A stretch of 59,738 nt of DNA, taken from positions 1-59,738 of the forward strand of contig JBFWQW010000006.1 in NCBI GenBank assembly GCA_050249235.1, given 5' to 3'. Positions 58,283-59,738 of this stretch are shown in pieces (the stretch's first letter is position 1; each line of letters opens with the position of its first letter). Below the pieces are notes generated by a model. That model searched no databases. It had not been told where the DNA came from and was given only the letters and a program-made list of their open reading frames with translations. Source of the stretch: Acidimicrobiia bacterium (GTDB lineage: Bacteria > Actinomycetota > Acidimicrobiia > Acidimicrobiales > CADCSY01). The position numbers were made by a program, and so were the translations under genes.

Positions 58283-58699
58283 TCAGGCGGAGGCGGCGTC
58301 TCGCTTGTCGAGCTCGGCTGCCAGCCACTCGGTGATCGACACCATGGGGGTGCCGGGCGTGAAGATCTCCTCGGCCAGGCCGTCGGCCTTCAAGGAGGCG
58401 GCATCGGCGGGCGGGATGATCCCACCGCCGAAGAGCATGAGCTCGCCGATGCCCCGCTTGACGAGCTCGTCCCGGACCCGGGGGAACAGCGTCATGTGCG
58501 CACCCGAGAGCAGCGAGATCCCGACCGCGTCGGCGTCCTCCTGGAGGGCCGTCTCGGCCACCTGCTCGGGCGTCTGGCGGAGGCCCGTGTAGATGACCTC
58601 GAAGCCGGCGTCACGCAGGGCCCGGGAGATCACCTTGGCGCCTCGATCGTGTCCGTCGAGACCGACCTTGGCGACCACGACTCGATACGGGCGCCGCAC
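58283..58699 (-). CDS. stand-alone cobalamin (B12)-binding domain protein, acyl-CoA mutase small subunit-like
   Basis: [41 protein letters not shown]...GISLLSGAH (DxHxxG B12 motif). GTG at 58699. Confidence 0.85.
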   Translation of the reverse strand: MRRPYRVVVAKVGLDGHDRGAKVISRALRDAGFEVIYTGLRQTPEQVAETALQEDADAVGISLLSGAHMTLFPRVRDELVKRGIGELMLFGGGIIPPADAASLKADGLAEEIFTPGTPMVSITEWLAAELDKRDAASA

Positions 58700-58718
58700 G
58701 GTCCGTGATACTAGGAGG

Positions 58719-59234
58719 ATGCCCCGGCGCCAGGCCCAATCGCGGCGGGGGTCGAGTCCCCGGCCCGGAGCCCCGCTCCGGCGCCAGACCCGCATGCTGC
58801 CCGGCGCCGCCTGGGTGGGGATCGCGGTCGTCGTCGTGCTCCTGGTGGCAATGGGCCTCCTGTCCTGGCTCACGAGCGAGGGGGCGGTCGACGTGCAGCT
58901 CGGCGACCGGGAGGCCGGGCCGTACGACACCCGGGACCTGGCGGACGAGATCGACGACCGTGGCCCGTTCCTCCTGGCCGACGCCTCGCCGAACCGTTCC
59001 CTCGACGTGTACGTCCAGCACCTCGGCGACGACCCCGACGAGGGCTGGCTGGCCTTCCTCGCTCGGGCCCCCGGCCAGGACGACCGGTCGTGCTCGCTCG
59101 AGTGGCGGATCGACGAGTTCGTCGACCCCTGCACCGGCGCCACCTTCCCGGCGGACGGCACCGGCCTGGAGCAGTTCAGCACCCGGGTCCGGGACGGCGC
59201 CGTCTACGTCGACTTCGGCGCCGCCGCCGACTGA
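58719..59234 (+). CDS. membrane-anchored hypothetical protein
   Basis: One TM segment ([22 protein letters not shown]) followed by an acidic extracytoplasmic domain with 2 Cys. The start is uncertain (ATG 58719 or 58794). Confidence 0.5.
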   Translation: MPRRQAQSRRGSSPRPGAPLRRQTRMLPGAAWVGIAVVVVLLVAMGLLSWLTSEGAVDVQLGDREAGPYDTRDLADEIDDRGPFLLADASPNRSLDVYVQHLGDDPDEGWLAFLARAPGQDDRSCSLEWRIDEFVDPCTGATFPADGTGLEQFSTRVRDGAVYVDFGAAAD

Positions 59235-59411
59235 CCGGCCCCCCTCTGTGCAACCTGCCGGCTGGGTGCCGAGGAAGGCGGGCGCAGGTCGGCGAGCCAG
59301 GTTCGTCGACGACGCAGGAGCGAACGAATCCTGCCGGCTTTGGAGCGACGAGGACGCCGCGGGCGGCGAACCCGGCCGTCGAGAGGGGCCCCGGCCGACT
59401 CCAGCACCCTG

Positions 59412-59738
59412 CTAGGGGGCGACCTTCTCGAGGGGGGCCCAGCTGAGGAGGAGGCGCTTCTCGCCCTCGCCCCGGAAGCGGACCACCGCCTCGGCCTTGT
59501 CGCCGGCCCCCTCGAGCAGGATGATCACGCCCTCGCCCCACTTGCCGTGCCGGACGTCGTCGCCGACCCGCAGGCCGAGCTTCTCGGCCCCGCTCGTGGG
59601 CGGGGGCGTGGCCTTTCCCGCCCGGATGGCCGACTCGACCACCCGCTGGCGGCCCCCCCACACCCGGCCGTCGGTGTCGCTGCCGAAGCCGGCCCCGCCG
59701 CCCGAGCGCCAACCGGCGCCCGACGAGCCCCGGCGCTG
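59412..59738 (-). CDS. UvrD/PcrA-type DNA helicase, C-terminal fragment (gene continues beyond window end)
   Basis: VGDDVRHGKWGEGVIILLEGAGDKAEAVVRFRGEGEKRLLLSWAPLEKV matches the conserved C-terminal tail of PcrA/UvrD. The frame stays open through a Gly-rich linker to the window edge. Confidence 0.6.
   Translation of the reverse strand, partial: QRRGSSGAGWRSGGGAGFGSDTDGRVWGGRQRVVESAIRAGKATPPPTSGAEKLGLRVGDDVRHGKWGEGVIILLEGAGDKAEAVVRFRGEGEKRLLLSWAPLEKVAP

Overview
This is a very GC-rich, gene-dense chromosomal segment that looks like a high-GC actinobacterium; that lineage is inferred from codon style and gene content only. I support about 55 protein genes. I recognised no rRNA, tRNA, CRISPR array, transposase or integrase.

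Most of the window is core metabolism:
- ppk1
- sdhCAB
- mdh and icd
- metF and folD
- purH and purN
- sucCD

Five accessory blocks are worth a second look:
1. A type IV pilus locus of about 10 kb (27.7-37.8 kb). It contains pilB, pilC, three pseudopilin-like genes joined by start/stop overlaps, and two tandem pilin paralogs. The second pilin carries a C-terminal extension of about 200 aa. A convergent pilT is translationally coupled to a DUF429 (RNase H-like) gene. A response regulator and a multi-GAF hybrid kinase lie next to it, and GTTGGG direct repeats with helical-turn spacing lie upstream of pilA and pilB.
2. A polyphosphate module: ppk1, a CYTH/CHAD gene, a NUDIX-PPOX fusion, and a partial pstS.
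3. A visibly AT-richer islet carrying a secreted matrixin-like metzincin.
4. Intergenic repeats: 58-nt and 26-nt tandem arrays that appear related to each other, plus a 43-nt element present at two convergent gene ends.
5. A ThrRS-like gene without an editing domain, an FG-GAP protein with a second 6x42-aa repeat module, and an orphan 822-aa HerA/FtsK-like ATPase.

All functional calls come from motif recognition by eye. No database search was run. Many start codons are uncertain. I treated the long Arg/Pro/Gly-rich antisense ORFs as GC-driven shadows.
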